Notes under the pieces: generated by a model | Told to the model about the DNA's origin: nothing | The model's input: only the letters and a program-made list of their open reading frames with translations | Database searches by the model: none | Position numbers and translations under genes: made by a program | Shown: positions 63,670 to 64,000 of the stretch, one piece after another | How the letters are laid out: each line of letters begins with the position of its first letter | Position numbering within the stretch: position 1 is the stretch's first letter | Assembly: GCF_048593235.1 (NCBI RefSeq) | Contig: NC_133617.1 | Coordinates: 61,031,767 to 61,095,766 of the forward strand | Length of the DNA stretch: 64,000 bases | Direction of reading: 5' to 3' | DNA from: Sminthopsis crassicaudata | Taxonomy: Eukaryota

Positions 63670-64000
63670 GAAAATGAATGGATGTCCATCAATTGGAGAA
63701 TGGTTGGGTAAATTATGGTATATGAAGGTTATGGAATATTATTGCTCTGTAAGAAATGACCAACAGGAGGAATACAGAGAGGCTTGGAGAGACTTACATC
63801 AACTGATGCTGAGTGAAATGAATAGAACCAGAAGATCTCTGTACACTTCAACAACAATACTGTAATGAGGATGTATTCTGATGGAAGTGGGTATCTTCAA
63901 CATAGAGAAGATCCAACTCACTTCCAGTTGATCAATGATGGACAGAAATAACTACACCCAGAGAAGGAACACTGGGAAGTGAATGTAAATTGTTAGCACT
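63670..64000 (+). mobile_element. LINE-1 ORF2 tail / 3' UTR in an ILVBL intron
   Basis: MNGCPSIGEWLGKLWYMKVMEYYCSVRNDQQEEY; near-identical subfamily to 51176-51969. Confidence 0.93.

Noticed and set aside
1-64000. CRISPR arrays, rRNA/tRNA genes, endogenous non-retroviral virus genes
   Set aside because: None seen; tRNA-like boxes belong to SINE heads and no viral ORF was recognisable by eye (a tBLASTx search would be needed to exclude decayed elements).

Overview
Mammalian genomic DNA, most likely a dasyurid-type Australian marsupial (inferred from the SINE and L1 3' ends). Bases 1-47.2 kb are a tandem array of 13-17 kb duplication units (about 621-14003, 14004-31165, 31166-47202), and bases 1-620 are the tail of a further upstream unit. 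Each complete unit carries one intact 315-aa family-10-type olfactory receptor (94-96% identical proteins). The units differ by private L1, SINE and LTR insertions, a 4.5-kb deletion, an L1-flanked inversion and an inverted duplication. The receptor genes and one non-coding kilobase show patchy homogenisation consistent with gene conversion. Downstream lie a 3'-truncated IMPDH2 processed pseudogene (minus strand), old repeats, a CpG island and the first five coding exons of ILVBL (HACL2). I see no novel protein family; the most interesting content is the structural and concerted evolution of the OR array. Identities and alignments were made by eye and are approximate.
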